Part shown: in pieces, positions 41,198 to 51,601 of the stretch
How positions within the stretch are numbered: position 1 is the stretch's first letter
How the letters are laid out: each line of letters opens with the position of its first letter
Assembly: GCA_937930175.1 (NCBI GenBank)
Contig: CALGLP010000004.1
Span: forward strand, 2,163-66,162
Direction: 5' to 3'
DNA length: 64,000 nucleotides
Origin: an uncultured bacterium
GTDB taxonomy: Bacteria; Omnitrophota; Gorgyraeia; Zapsychrales; Aceulaceae
Made by a program: the position numbers and the translations under genes
The notes under the pieces: generated by a model
What the model saw: the letters and a program-made list of their open reading frames with translations, nothing else
Database searches by the model: none
What the model was told of the DNA's origin: nothing

Positions 41198-42780
41198 AAA
41201 AAAGCATCGGCGAAAAACTGGCAGACAGACTAGATGATATTATTTCTTTTTTCTCGCCCAAAGCCGGTTTTAAGAGGCGCATGTTCCGGCAGGCTATCGG
41301 TATTTCAGAGTCGTTTAGTTCTTATAAAGGCGCTTCAAGGTCAAGGCTTAGATCTAGCTGGCTTCCCGGAGGCGGCTCGGCAGATGAGGATTTATTGCCG
41401 GAATTAAAAGATATCCGCGAGCGCAGCCGAGACTTAAACCGCAACGACGCGCATGCTTCAGGGATCACCGGCACCATGACTACAAATGTTGTCGGTTCCG
41501 GGATAAGGCCGCAATCAAGAATTGATAAGGAATTATTGGGCATCGATGACGCTACGGGGAGCAGTTTCCAAAAACAAGCTGAGAGGGTCTGGAAGGACTG
41601 GCTTCCTTTTGCTGATGCCGGAAACCGCATGGACTTTTATGAAATCCAGCAGCTGGTGGACAGACAGATTTTAGAAAACGGCGAAGCAATCATTATCCCG
41701 AAGATGCTTAAAGAGCCCGGCAGGCTTTATTCTTTGGCGCTGCAAATTATCGAATCTGACCGGCTCGATACTCCGCCCCGTATGCAGGGGGATAAATCTA
41801 TAAGGTCAGGCGTACGGATTGGTGAAAAAGGCGAGCCGATTTCGTATTTCATTCAGAAGACGCATCCCGGAGATATCAGGTTTACAAAAAGGGGAGAAAG
41901 AGAATTTATTGAGATACCTGTCAGGAACGAATACGGGCGCAGGAATATTTTCCACCTGTATTTTGTTTTACGCTCAGGCCAGACAAGGGGCGTTCCATTC
42001 TTTGCGCCGGTCCTGACTTATTTCAAGGATTTAGCAGAATATGCTGAGGCCGAGCTTGTAGCGGCAAGGATAGCAGCGTGCTTTTCTCTTTTTATTACTT
42101 CGGAAGCGTCAATGGATGTAGCAGTTAATTCCGCTTATGACAAAAATTCTTCTGGGCAGCTTATCGAGTCATTAGAGCCGGGGATGATCAAACATCTTCT
42201 GCCCGGAGAAAACATTACCTCGTTTAATCCACAAAGACCGGGAGCTACTTTTGAGCCGTTTGTGGAAAGGATATTAAAAGCGATCTCTGCCGCCCTGGGC
42301 CTGCCGTATGAGCTGGTGGCAAAGGATTTCTCAAAGACAAATTATTCAAGCGCCCGGGCGGCTCTACTTGAGGCGCGCAGGTATTTCAGGATGAGGCAGG
42401 AGTGGCTTAGCCGTAAACTCTGCCAGCCGGTTTGGGAAATGCTTTTAGAGGAAGCATATCTTAACCGTCAGATTACGGCCGAAACATTTTATGAGAATAA
42501 GCGTTACTGGACAAACGCCTCATGGATTGCGCCGGGATGGGAATGGGTTGATCCGCTAAAAGAAGCGCAGGCCGCAGAGGTTGGATTGAAGAACGGCATT
42601 GTCACCTACTCTGACCTTTACGCGCAGGAAGGCAAAGACTGGGAAGAAAGTTTTGAGCAGCGCAAGCGCGAAGCCACAAAAATGAAAGAATTGGATTTGG
42701 AGTTTCCAAGCGATGAAAAAGCAAAAGAACCAAAAGAAACCAAAGATTCAAGCGGCCAGGAAGATAACAATCGGCAGTAA
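41194..42780 (+). CDS. Portal protein (lambda gpB-like)
   Basis: 528 aa; position after W; acidic C-terminus. Confidence 0.7.
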   Translation: MKKSIGEKLADRLDDIISFFSPKAGFKRRMFRQAIGISESFSSYKGASRSRLRSSWLPGGGSADEDLLPELKDIRERSRDLNRNDAHASGITGTMTTNVVGSGIRPQSRIDKELLGIDDATGSSFQKQAERVWKDWLPFADAGNRMDFYEIQQLVDRQILENGEAIIIPKMLKEPGRLYSLALQIIESDRLDTPPRMQGDKSIRSGVRIGEKGEPISYFIQKTHPGDIRFTKRGEREFIEIPVRNEYGRRNIFHLYFVLRSGQTRGVPFFAPVLTYFKDLAEYAEAELVAARIAACFSLFITSEASMDVAVNSAYDKNSSGQLIESLEPGMIKHLLPGENITSFNPQRPGATFEPFVERILKAISAALGLPYELVAKDFSKTNYSSARAALLEARRYFRMRQEWLSRKLCQPVWEMLLEEAYLNRQITAETFYENKRYWTNASWIAPGWEWVDPLKEAQAAEVGLKNGIVTYSDLYAQEGKDWEESFEQRKREATKMKELDLEFPSDEKAKEPKETKDSSGQEDNNRQ

Positions 42781-42830
42781 AACCCAGATGGCCATGCCGA
42801 AGGAGCTTGATATTCGGATAGGAGAACAAG

Positions 42831-43964
42831 ATGCCCAATAAGGATATTCTTTTTCGCACGGACATAGCACGGGCCGGAGGTGTCCGGGTCAGCAGGAATA
42901 ATGAGGTGGTTGAAGGCTTTGCAGTTGTCACCAAAGGCGTCACACATGACGAAAGGGGGGAGTTTGATGATACAGCGTTAGACAAAATTGTTGAACTGGG
43001 GAATCAGCCAAAGATGGGGATCAAATCGAGGTTTGGCCATCCCAACATGAGTTCAACCGCCCTAGGTACGTTTCTGGGAAGGGTTAAGAATTTTAGGCGG
43101 GACGGCAGCATTGTTAGGGCGGATCTGCATATTGATCAAACCGCGCATAAGACGCCAGATGGAGACCTTGCGGGTTATACCATGGAGCTTGCGGAAAGCG
43201 ATCCCGACGCATTCGGTTCTTCCATGGTCATACATTGGGACGAGGAGTACCGGCAGGAAAAAGACGGGTCCTTGACAAAGGATGAGAAGGGCAATGCTTT
43301 GCCGCCGCTTATCCGTGTTAAGAAATTGATGTCGGTGGATATCGTTGACGATCCGGCAGCGAATAACGGCCTTTTCGGCATGCCGTTTTTATCTGAGTCT
43401 GTAAAGCCATCAGCAGAGATGACGGGGTTTCTGGACAGGTTCTTAGAGCAGCCGGATGCCGTTGAGCGGGTGATTGCATTTTTGGAGAGGTATCGAACGA
43501 ATAAAGATGAATTTCAAACTATCTTAAAAAAACAGGAGGTGAAAACCATGCTTGAAAATTTAACCGTAGAGCAGTTGAAAAAGGAGCGGGCAGATATTTT
43601 TGATTCCGTCTTCAAGTCAGGTCTTGATGAGGGAGTCAAAAAGGGCGGCGAGTACGGGCAGAAACAGGAAAGAGAGCGGGTTGTAGCGATCTTAAAGAAA
43701 GCGAAGGCTTTCAAAGATATGAATGACCTTGCTATTGCCGCGGTTGAGAACGGATTGTCTTTAGAGCAGGCAACAATCAGTTTTCAGGACAAACAGCTTG
43801 CTGGCCTTCAGCATGCCCAGGCGCCGGATGTCGGGCCTGATAACGACGAGGACAAAGGCAAGAAGCCGACGACTCATCTTGAAAGGGCGCATGCCTATAA
43901 ACAGGAGCATAACTGTAGCATGACCGAAGCGTTAAAGGCAACAGCAGAAAAAAGAAAGCAATAA
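42831..43964 (+). CDS. Head maturation protease / scaffold (gpC/Nu3-like)
   Basis: 377 aa; N-terminal globular region with coiled-coil C-terminal half; position between portal and decoration protein. Confidence 0.45.
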   Translation: MPNKDILFRTDIARAGGVRVSRNNEVVEGFAVVTKGVTHDERGEFDDTALDKIVELGNQPKMGIKSRFGHPNMSSTALGTFLGRVKNFRRDGSIVRADLHIDQTAHKTPDGDLAGYTMELAESDPDAFGSSMVIHWDEEYRQEKDGSLTKDEKGNALPPLIRVKKLMSVDIVDDPAANNGLFGMPFLSESVKPSAEMTGFLDRFLEQPDAVERVIAFLERYRTNKDEFQTILKKQEVKTMLENLTVEQLKKERADIFDSVFKSGLDEGVKKGGEYGQKQERERVVAILKKAKAFKDMNDLAIAAVENGLSLEQATISFQDKQLAGLQHAQAPDVGPDNDEDKGKKPTTHLERAHAYKQEHNCSMTEALKATAEKRKQ

Positions 43965-43983
43965 AAAACGAAGGAGGAGAAAG

Positions 43984-44337
43984 ATGTCACAGTTTAATAT
44001 CGGATCAAAAGCGTTTGTGGCGGGCGAGGCATTAGAAGCTTACCGCAGAGTAAAGTTAAGCGCAGGAAGCGGCACGCAGGTTGAATACGCAGATGCAGGC
44101 GAGGCCTTTATCGGGTTTACCGCGGCCAAGGCAGCGCTGGGCGAGATGGTCAGTGTAGATCTAAAGACCACGGGCCGGACATTTAAAGTTGAAGCTAACG
44201 GCGCGATTGCCGTCGGCGGAAATTTTTACGGCGCAAACGACGGAAAGGTAAGCGCTACGGTAAGCGGTTCGATTCAGGGCCGGGTGCTTGAAGCAGCTGC
44301 TTCAGACGGCGAGATTATCGAAGGATTATTGCTGTAA
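43984..44337 (+). CDS. Head decoration protein (gpD-like)
   Basis: 117 aa Gly/Ala-rich, immediately before the major capsid gene. Confidence 0.5.
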   Translation: MSQFNIGSKAFVAGEALEAYRRVKLSAGSGTQVEYADAGEAFIGFTAAKAALGEMVSVDLKTTGRTFKVEANGAIAVGGNFYGANDGKVSATVSGSIQGRVLEAAASDGEIIEGLLL

Positions 44338-44364
44338 ACAAATATTTAAAGACAGGAGGATACA

Positions 44365-45324
44365 ATGGGAGTTGATTATCAGGGTTCAAGGGCAGTACCG
44401 AGGTTAGAGCTGGGCGAAGCGGCTTTGGAATTTATCCAGCAGCAGGATGAGTTTATCGGGACGCAGGTGTTGCCGATATTCCCGACCAAGAAAAAGGCAA
44501 GCATATTCCCCGCAATAACCAGGGAAAGCATCACGCGCGAAGCAGATACCAAGAGGGCCCCGCGCGGCAACTATAACAGGGACGGGTTTCAGGCAAAGGA
44601 CAAGCAGTATAACTGCGAAGAATACGGCCTTGAAGGGCCTCTTGATGACAGTGAGAGGAGCCTTTATGCGACGGACTTTGATGCAGAGCTTACCACGGTG
44701 CAAATCATCACGCGGCGTGTTTTACAGGCTCAGGAAAGGCGTATCGCAGGGATTGTGTTCAACACAGCCACGTTTGCCGGGCCCGCGCTCTACACCGACA
44801 ATTCCGGCGCTCCTTGGGACAACCCAAGCTCTGATGTTCCGCTGCAGGTGCGCGCGGCAAGAGAAAGGGTAAGAGCCAATTGCGGGATTGATCCGAACGC
44901 TCTTATCTGCAGCAAGGCCAATATTGACCGCCTATTGGCTAATAACAGCATCAAGGACGCGATCAAGTATGTGGCCAGGCTTACTGAGGCAGAGATACTT
45001 AACGCCCTCGCAGATATCCTTGGCGTGCGCAGGATCCTTGTAGGCAAAGGAATCTACAACACAGCCAAAGAAGGCAAGCCGTTCGCCAGCGCGGATATCT
45101 GGAATGACGATTACGCGATGGTAGCAACTATCGGAGATTCGCAGCGGCTTTCCGATCCGAGCGTTGGAAGGGTGTTTTTGTGGAGCGCTGACAGCCCAGA
45201 GAACGCGACAGTCGAGCAGTACCGCGACGATGCGGCACGCAGCGATATCTTCCGCGTAAGGCAGCACGTGGATGAAATAATCATCGATCCGTTTTTTGCG
45301 CATTTGATGAAAGTCGACGCCTAA
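44365..45324 (+). CDS. Major capsid protein (lambda gpE-like)
   Basis: 319 aa; position and size. Confidence 0.6.
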   Translation: MGVDYQGSRAVPRLELGEAALEFIQQQDEFIGTQVLPIFPTKKKASIFPAITRESITREADTKRAPRGNYNRDGFQAKDKQYNCEEYGLEGPLDDSERSLYATDFDAELTTVQIITRRVLQAQERRIAGIVFNTATFAGPALYTDNSGAPWDNPSSDVPLQVRAARERVRANCGIDPNALICSKANIDRLLANNSIKDAIKYVARLTEAEILNALADILGVRRILVGKGIYNTAKEGKPFASADIWNDDYAMVATIGDSQRLSDPSVGRVFLWSADSPENATVEQYRDDAARSDIFRVRQHVDEIIIDPFFAHLMKVDA

Positions 45325-45396
45325 TTAAGCGTCTGAAACAAGCAATGTGCCGGGAGGCTTTAACAGCCTCCCGGCAAGGCTTGGAAAGCGGGGCCT

Positions 45397-45744
45397 ATGG
45401 CTTTCAAAGATAATTTAGCGCAAGATGCGGCAAAGATATTTTTAAACTCGGATGAGTTTGCCGAGGAAATTACCTACACGCCTAAAGGCGGCGCTGCGAA
45501 AGTTATTAAAGCGCTTGTGAACCGCAAGCGCATAGACCCTGCCTATGAGGATGCGGGCCGCGTCCTTTTAAACCAATTTGAGATATTTATTGCTAATGAC
45601 GAAACATCCGGCATCGCATCCATTAACAAAGGCGGGGATCTGGTTTCGCTTGCGGAGTTTATCGGCGGAGCTGCAATTGACTGGGTAGTGGCTGATATCT
45701 TAGGTCAAGACGAAGGGGTATGGCATTTGCTTTTGCAAAAATGA
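45397..45744 (+). CDS. Putative head completion/connector protein
   Basis: 115 aa after capsid gene. Confidence 0.3.
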   Translation: MAFKDNLAQDAAKIFLNSDEFAEEITYTPKGGAAKVIKALVNRKRIDPAYEDAGRVLLNQFEIFIANDETSGIASINKGGDLVSLAEFIGGAAIDWVVADILGQDEGVWHLLLQK

Positions 45745-46346
45745 GCGAACTAAGACTAGAGATTAATACAAAGAATTTAGAGCGGGCAATCAGGATTTTC
45801 CCTAAAGAGCTTAAATACGAAATTGCCGACGGGATGGATCATGCCACGAGGAAGTTCTTGAAAATCTTTAAACAAACCAGACTCCAGGGCCCGCCGGGAA
45901 TCAAAGGCAGGCCGCACGGGATATTTACTCATTTTCAAAGAGCAAGCTTTGTGTCGCAGGATATCGAGGGTATGGGTATGGTGATTTTCTCGGATTCGAA
46001 GATTGCCCGTATGCATGAGGAAGGCGCGATACTTAAGAATCCAGGCGGCGGGAAGCTTGCAGTGCCGCTTTCGGCAAGAAAAGAGCTTTTTACCTCTGAC
46101 GGCAGGCTTAAGAAGCAATACAAACAGCCCAGGCTGCTCAAGAATGTTATCCCTATCCAATTAAAAGGTAAAACATTCTTGGCCAAGGTTAAAAAGAAAC
46201 TGCGCGAGCTGATACCTATTTTTGTTTTAAAAAACAGCGTGCGCATACGCCCCCGACTTATGTTCTACAAAACCTGGGATGACATGCAGAATGAGCGGAT
46301 AGATATCTTAAACAAATCAATCGAAAAGGCGCTGAATAAAGTATGA
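45720..46346 (+). CDS. Putative virion morphogenesis / tail completion protein
   Basis: 208 aa. Confidence 0.3.
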   Translation: MAFAFAKMSELRLEINTKNLERAIRIFPKELKYEIADGMDHATRKFLKIFKQTRLQGPPGIKGRPHGIFTHFQRASFVSQDIEGMGMVIFSDSKIARMHEEGAILKNPGGGKLAVPLSARKELFTSDGRLKKQYKQPRLLKNVIPIQLKGKTFLAKVKKKLRELIPIFVLKNSVRIRPRLMFYKTWDDMQNERIDILNKSIEKALNKV

Positions 46347-46801
46347 CAGTCAGAGAAAGTATTTTGGAAAATTTAAAGATAACACTTGAGGCCATATCAA
46401 TTGCAAACGGCTATCACAATGACATTGCCAGCGTGCAAAGGTGGCGGCAGTCCGGCAATTCTCTTGTTTCAATTCCCTGCATTGTTATTAATGCCGGGCC
46501 CGAAGAAAAAGAGCCGGTGCCTAATCCTTTTACGACCTGTAAGCTTACCGTCTATCTCGATGTTTGGATGAGGCAGGCGCAGGATGATCCGCAGTCAACA
46601 GATACGCTCTTAAACAGTCTTTTAGGGGATATTGAAAAAGCGCTTATGGTTGACTACACGCGCGGAGGTTTTGCCAAGGATACAAATATTAAGTCCAATG
46701 TCCTTTTTGAAACTTTAGAAGGCCAGCCCCAGTCAGGCATAATCACAGAGCTTGAGATAATTTATCAGCACAAACAAAACGATCCCGAAGTGTCGGGATA
46801 G
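46343..46801 (+). CDS. Putative tail terminator (gpU-like)
   Basis: 152 aa directly before major tail gene. Confidence 0.35.
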   Translation: MTVRESILENLKITLEAISIANGYHNDIASVQRWRQSGNSLVSIPCIVINAGPEEKEPVPNPFTTCKLTVYLDVWMRQAQDDPQSTDTLLNSLLGDIEKALMVDYTRGGFAKDTNIKSNVLFETLEGQPQSGIITELEIIYQHKQNDPEVSG

Positions 46802-46814
46802 AGGAGGTTAAACC

Positions 46815-47957
46815 ATGCTTACGCGTAAAAGGCAGCTTGCTGCAAAGATAGAAGTGGCAGAAGGTGCTGCTGAAGCCTTGGCTGCGGCTGATGCCAGGCT
46901 TTTAGTCTACAACCCGAAGGTGAGTTTTGATATAGCTATGTTTGAACGCAACCCTGCGCGGCAGTCGTTCTCAAATATCGCCAAGCTTCCCGGCAAGCGG
47001 CCAGCAGGCCTGTCATATCGGCTGGAGTTAAGAGGCTCAGGCATTGCCGGTACCGTTCCTGAATGGGCGAAGATTTTACAAGCCTGCGGATTCGGAGTCA
47101 GCCAGCTTAAGTCAATGAATATAGGCGCAGTTACCAACGGGCCTTTTGAGCACGGAGAAACAATTACCGGAGGGACTTCCGGCGCAAAAGGCAGGGTGGT
47201 GGTTAATACTGCAAACGGCTCGCCGAATATTTACTTTGTATCTATCTCAGGGGCATTTGAGTCAGCCGAGACTATTACAGGCGGCACATCAGGTGCAACA
47301 GCAACTACTTCGTCTGCGCCGGTAACAGTGGGTAATGAGATTAAGCCTATCTCTGATAACATTCCCTCGCTTACCCAGGGCAGTTATGAAGACGGTGTGC
47401 GCAAGCTCTTAAAGGGCTGCCGGGGCAAGGTGAAGTTTAGTTTTAAGTCAGGCGAGCCGGTGCTTCTTGATTTTGATTTTCAGGGTGTAGAAGCGGGAGT
47501 GAGCGATTTATCTTTTCTTGCAGATGTCGCTTACGAGAATACAAAACCGCCGGTATTCTTAAGCGCGCTTTTCTCAGTGGATGCCTATTCGGCGAAGATA
47601 GGGGAGATGGATATCGATGTTGGTAATACCCTGGCGGTTCGCGATGACGTTAATGACCCAAGAGGGATTTTATCTTTTGCTGTCACGGGAAGGAGTGTTT
47701 CCGGCTCATTCAATCCGGAGATGGTTTCCTGCGCGGCGCACGATTTTCATTCCAAATGGTTTTCGGGAGCTGAGATGGTGATTGATTTTACTGTTGGCCA
47801 GACAGCCGGAAATAAGTTTAGGTTTTATGTGCCAAGGGCGCAGTATACCAAAGTCGACGATGAAGATAGAGACGGCCTGCAATTAGCCAAGAGCACTTTT
47901 GGTTTGAACGGATCGCTTTTATACGGCGATGACGAAGTATCAATCTTAGTATTTTAA
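46815..47957 (+). CDS. Major tail protein with C-terminal extension
   Basis: 380 aa; precedes the G/G-T chaperone pair. Confidence 0.45.
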   Translation: MLTRKRQLAAKIEVAEGAAEALAAADARLLVYNPKVSFDIAMFERNPARQSFSNIAKLPGKRPAGLSYRLELRGSGIAGTVPEWAKILQACGFGVSQLKSMNIGAVTNGPFEHGETITGGTSGAKGRVVVNTANGSPNIYFVSISGAFESAETITGGTSGATATTSSAPVTVGNEIKPISDNIPSLTQGSYEDGVRKLLKGCRGKVKFSFKSGEPVLLDFDFQGVEAGVSDLSFLADVAYENTKPPVFLSALFSVDAYSAKIGEMDIDVGNTLAVRDDVNDPRGILSFAVTGRSVSGSFNPEMVSCAAHDFHSKWFSGAEMVIDFTVGQTAGNKFRFYVPRAQYTKVDDEDRDGLQLAKSTFGLNGSLLYGDDEVSILVF

Positions 47958-47973
47958 CAAAAGGAGGAAAGCC

Positions 47974-48399
47974 ATGCTTACGGGAATTAATATTTACGAA
48001 ACCAAACCTTACAAGTCAAAACTGGATCTTGACAAAGATAACTCCACGGTTTTTCACGTCGGGCTTCTTGATTCTCATTCGAGGGCCTACATTGAGGATC
48101 AAACTACCTCTTTTGAATTCAGCTCCAAGAATCCGAAGGATCCGGCTAAGGCAAACATCAACGCCTCAAAGCGCAATCTCTTGGTGGTGAAGTTTGGGCT
48201 GAAAGGTTTCGACAACTTCCTGGATCCGCGCGACAGGAAGCCGCTCAAATTTGATACGGTCTCAACAGCTATAAACGGGAAGAATTATTCAGCAGTCGCA
48301 GATGAAATTATAGCGATGTTGCCTAAGGCTTTGATAGATGAGCTTTCGGAAGTGATTTTAGCCGAGAATTCTTTGAGCGAGGACGAAGAAAAAAACTAA
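47974..48399 (+). CDS. Tail assembly chaperone G
   Basis: 141 aa acidic protein ending EDEEKN before the tape measure. Confidence 0.55.
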   Translation: MLTGINIYETKPYKSKLDLDKDNSTVFHVGLLDSHSRAYIEDQTTSFEFSSKNPKDPAKANINASKRNLLVVKFGLKGFDNFLDPRDRKPLKFDTVSTAINGKNYSAVADEIIAMLPKALIDELSEVILAENSLSEDEEKN

Positions 48400-48707
48400 T
48401 CCTGGCGGTCGGGCTGCATAAGTTTAGGCTCGACTGCCAGGCGTGCTCAGACGCTTTAAAGGTAGAGCGCGGCTGCGAGGAAGATTCGCCGATTGAAGGC
48501 GTCTGGAAGTTAAAGGACTGGGAGTTTAGGCGGTGTCCAAGGAAACTTGTTGCTAGGGCGAGCATTGAATATTTGAACGCGTATCTTTTTTTCGAGAAAG
48601 GATATCTGCCTAATCCCGGCGGCTGGTTAGATCAGCCGCTTAAATTTATCCAGGCAATAAAGATAATTGAGCGCGAGATTGCCCTGGCAAAAGAGAAAGA
48701 GGATTAA
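47974..48707 (+). CDS. Tail assembly chaperone G-T, product of a -1 programmed frameshift at A_AAA_AAC (48390-48396)
   Basis: Slippery heptamer two codons before the G stop; -1 frame open from 48390 to TAA 48705 (..EEKKLILAVGLHKFRLD...AKEKED); its stop overlaps the tape measure ATG 48707. Confidence 0.55.
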
Positions 48708-50251
48708 TGCCTACAAACAGAGAACTCGAAATCATCATGAAATTAAAAGACGAGGTCTCAAAGCGCCTGCAGGGGATTGAAGGCAATCTGCAGAAGTTTG
48801 CTAATTCCTGCAAGCAGCTTGGCGATACGCTGCGTAACGTAGGCAGAGAGATTGCCCAGGTCGGCCAGAACCTTGTTTTTATGGGCGGCGCATTGACCGG
48901 GCCTCTTGCTCTTGCCTTTAAGTCTGCAGAGAAATATTCCCTTTCCGTCTCAAATGAACTAAAACGCCTTGATAATGCCTTTATCGGGCTTCGTGTAAGC
49001 ATTGCCGAGGCATTAGTGCCGGTTGCGCATAAATTGGCCAATGTCTTTGGCAATCTGCTTAATCTCTGGAATAGCCTGACCCCCACAACGCAGCAGATGA
49101 TTGTGCAGACTATTGCCGTCACCGGTATTTTTATGACACTCGGCGGTGTAGTAGTTGCCTTGATAGGGCGCTTGATACGATTAGGCGGGCTCATTATTGA
49201 TTTAGTCGGCAAGCTTGCCCTGTTTGCCTTAGCGCATCCCTGGATTGCCGGGATCGCTATCGCCGTGTCTATTCTTATCGTTGTTTTCCTTAAATTCAGA
49301 GATGTGGCAGTGCCGGTCCTTAACGTAGTTGAGATCGGCGCGCAGATGGTCTACATCGGCTTTGTAAAACTTATTAAGTATCTCTTGGTGGGTTTTGACA
49401 AATTAGCCCTTGGTTTAGAAAAGTTCTATGAGGTCTTAGGCAAACTTCCCGGCAAACTCGGCGAGCCTTACAGGGAAGCTTCAGAGCATATCAAACGTTT
49501 CCGCGATAACCTGCAGGGCTTAATTAAAGCCTCTGACGCGGAGATGGACCGGGTAGGCAATAAGATTTCAAATATATTAGTTACCGGAGAGGGCAGCCTC
49601 GTTAAAGGATATGACAAAGCAAAGAACGCGATAAATAGTTTTATCGATGCCCTTAAGAATTTAGGCAAGGATATCAAGATTGAAGAGGTTGCGCAGAAGT
49701 TTGACGCAATTCAGTCTATGGGAGAAGGCGTTGCCCGGTCGCTGGGGAGCGTATTCAAACACTTCTTTAGTGATGTTTTTAAAGGCCAAATGGATGATGC
49801 CAAAGATTATTTTGCAGAGTTTGGCAACATGATGCTGGAAGTCTTGGCTGAGGTTTTGGCCAAGATGATTCTTGTTAAGACCATTGGTTCTATTTTTCCG
49901 GGCATGATCCCCTTCTTCCACCAAGGCGGCATGATATATCACTCTGGCGGCCAGATTTTACCTGTAAGAGCGCATGCGGGCCTTGCGCCTGATGAGGTGC
50001 CGATTGTTGCGCAGACCGGGGAGGGGGTTTTATCCAGGCGCGGAATGCGCGCATTAGGCGGGCCGGATAGTTTGAAATCCTTAAATGAAGGAAAACCCGC
50101 CAAAGCAGGCATAACCATAAATGTTAACCAGGTCATCCAGGCTTGGGATGCGCAGGATGTCTGGCGTAACCGCAAGATGCTTTCCAATGCGATTGCAGAC
50201 GACATTTATAACAACGGCAAGATCCGTTCGGTAATCAGGAGTTACACATGA
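48707..50251 (+). CDS. Tail tape measure protein
   Basis: 514 aa; coiled coil and hydrophobic helices. Confidence 0.7.
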   Translation: MPTNRELEIIMKLKDEVSKRLQGIEGNLQKFANSCKQLGDTLRNVGREIAQVGQNLVFMGGALTGPLALAFKSAEKYSLSVSNELKRLDNAFIGLRVSIAEALVPVAHKLANVFGNLLNLWNSLTPTTQQMIVQTIAVTGIFMTLGGVVVALIGRLIRLGGLIIDLVGKLALFALAHPWIAGIAIAVSILIVVFLKFRDVAVPVLNVVEIGAQMVYIGFVKLIKYLLVGFDKLALGLEKFYEVLGKLPGKLGEPYREASEHIKRFRDNLQGLIKASDAEMDRVGNKISNILVTGEGSLVKGYDKAKNAINSFIDALKNLGKDIKIEEVAQKFDAIQSMGEGVARSLGSVFKHFFSDVFKGQMDDAKDYFAEFGNMMLEVLAEVLAKMILVKTIGSIFPGMIPFFHQGGMIYHSGGQILPVRAHAGLAPDEVPIVAQTGEGVLSRRGMRALGGPDSLKSLNEGKPAKAGITINVNQVIQAWDAQDVWRNRKMLSNAIADDIYNNGKIRSVIRSYT

Positions 50252-50586
50252 GCGATTTCACGTATTTGCCGGATTTTCTCATTGATGAGGCACTTGAATA
50301 TAAGACGATTGTTTCGGAGTTTGAAAACGGAGCAGAACAGAGGCGCCGTAAATGGGCAAACCCTCAGCGCAAATGGACGCTTAGGTTTAATAATAGGACT
50401 CATACAGAAATGACGGAGGTTTCAGACTTCTTTAAGAGCAAGTTTGGAGCATTCATGGCGTTTACCTGGACAAACCCGAATGATTTGGTTGAATACACCG
50501 TGCGTTTTGTTGAGGACAGCTTTCAGTTTAGCCGCAAGGCATACGGCGTGTATGATTTTGAATTTGAATTTATCGAGGTGAAATAA
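50248..50586 (+). CDS. Minor tail protein M-like
   Basis: 112 aa; lambda M size and position. Confidence 0.5.
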   Translation: MSDFTYLPDFLIDEALEYKTIVSEFENGAEQRRRKWANPQRKWTLRFNNRTHTEMTEVSDFFKSKFGAFMAFTWTNPNDLVEYTVRFVEDSFQFSRKAYGVYDFEFEFIEVK

Positions 50587-51197
50587 TGCCGCGAGAGACA
50601 GACAGCACATTTAAGCAAGAGAAAGCCAAGCGCCAGAATTCACCGATATTTTTGTATACGCTTGAAAAATATGACGGCGTAAATGACCTGCGCTTAGCGA
50701 GTTTTGACGAGGATGTAATTTATAACGGCGTTACTTATTCGCGGTTTCCTATAACCCATGAGTTTGTCGGCGAGAATAATCAAGGCCAGATTGACCAGGT
50801 TAAGGTGCGGCTTGCCAATGTCTCAAGGCTGATCCAGCTCTACTTAGAGCAATTTGATTTTAGGGGCAGGAAGGTAACTATTCGTATGGTCTGGCTGGAT
50901 CAGTTATCTGATCCGGATGCCTTTATGGATGATATTTTCTACATCGACAGTTATACGGCAGATCAAAATAACGTGGAGTTTACTCTGACAGGAAAGTTCG
51001 ATGTTCTCGGGGTAGATCTTCCGGCAAGGCGCTACTCGCGGAATTACTGCAGTTGGAAGTTTAAGTCGCCAGAGTGCGGATATTCAGGAGCTGAGCTTAC
51101 ATGCAACAAGACAAAACAGAGATGCAAACAGCTGGACAACTATCAGAGATTCGGGGCGTTTCCGTCGGTACCGGCAAGGCGCATCTACGTGATGTAG
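50586..51197 (+). CDS. Minor tail protein L-like with C-terminal cysteine cluster
   Basis: 203 aa; C-terminus CSWKFKSPECGYSGAELTCNKTKQRCKQ resembles the gpL Fe-S ligands. Confidence 0.55.
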   Translation: MPRETDSTFKQEKAKRQNSPIFLYTLEKYDGVNDLRLASFDEDVIYNGVTYSRFPITHEFVGENNQGQIDQVKVRLANVSRLIQLYLEQFDFRGRKVTIRMVWLDQLSDPDAFMDDIFYIDSYTADQNNVEFTLTGKFDVLGVDLPARRYSRNYCSWKFKSPECGYSGAELTCNKTKQRCKQLDNYQRFGAFPSVPARRIYVM

Positions 51198-51601
51198 AGC
51201 AATATATCATCGACAAGTATCTTGGGTTGCCGTATCGGCACAGGGGCCGGTCTTTAGAGGGGCTTGACTGCTGGGGTTTCCTAAAGTTTGTCTATGCTGA
51301 CTTAGGCGTGAGGCTGTTTGATATTGAAGAACTGGAATACAGCAAAATCTGGGGAGCGGAGGGAAAGGATTATTTTAAAGAGCATTACTTCCATGACTGG
51401 GCAAGCGTTAAGGCGCCCGAGATGCTTGACGGAGTACTGTTTGTTAATTCAAGAAGAATTGCCAATCACGCAGGAATAATCTTAAGCAGCGGAAGATTTA
51501 TTCATTGCGCAAGGCCGGGCGTGATTATCTCAAGGATAAATGATCTCTCCTGGCAGGCAAGGATAGAGGGATTTTACAGGTTAAAAGACAAGATATGCTG
51601 A
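51101..51601 (+). CDS. Tail assembly protein K-like, NlpC/P60 domain
   Basis: DCWGF (Cys) and NHAGI (His) of the NlpC/P60 fold; true start likely downstream of 51101. Confidence 0.55.
   Translation: MQQDKTEMQTAGQLSEIRGVSVGTGKAHLRDVEQYIIDKYLGLPYRHRGRSLEGLDCWGFLKFVYADLGVRLFDIEELEYSKIWGAEGKDYFKEHYFHDWASVKAPEMLDGVLFVNSRRIANHAGIILSSGRFIHCARPGVIISRINDLSWQARIEGFYRLKDKIC

Noticed and set aside
42831-43964. Assigning the 377-aa head protein to a specific protease family (S49 versus HK97 S78)
   Set aside because: The catalytic residues could not be placed confidently by eye. A generic protease/scaffold call is kept.
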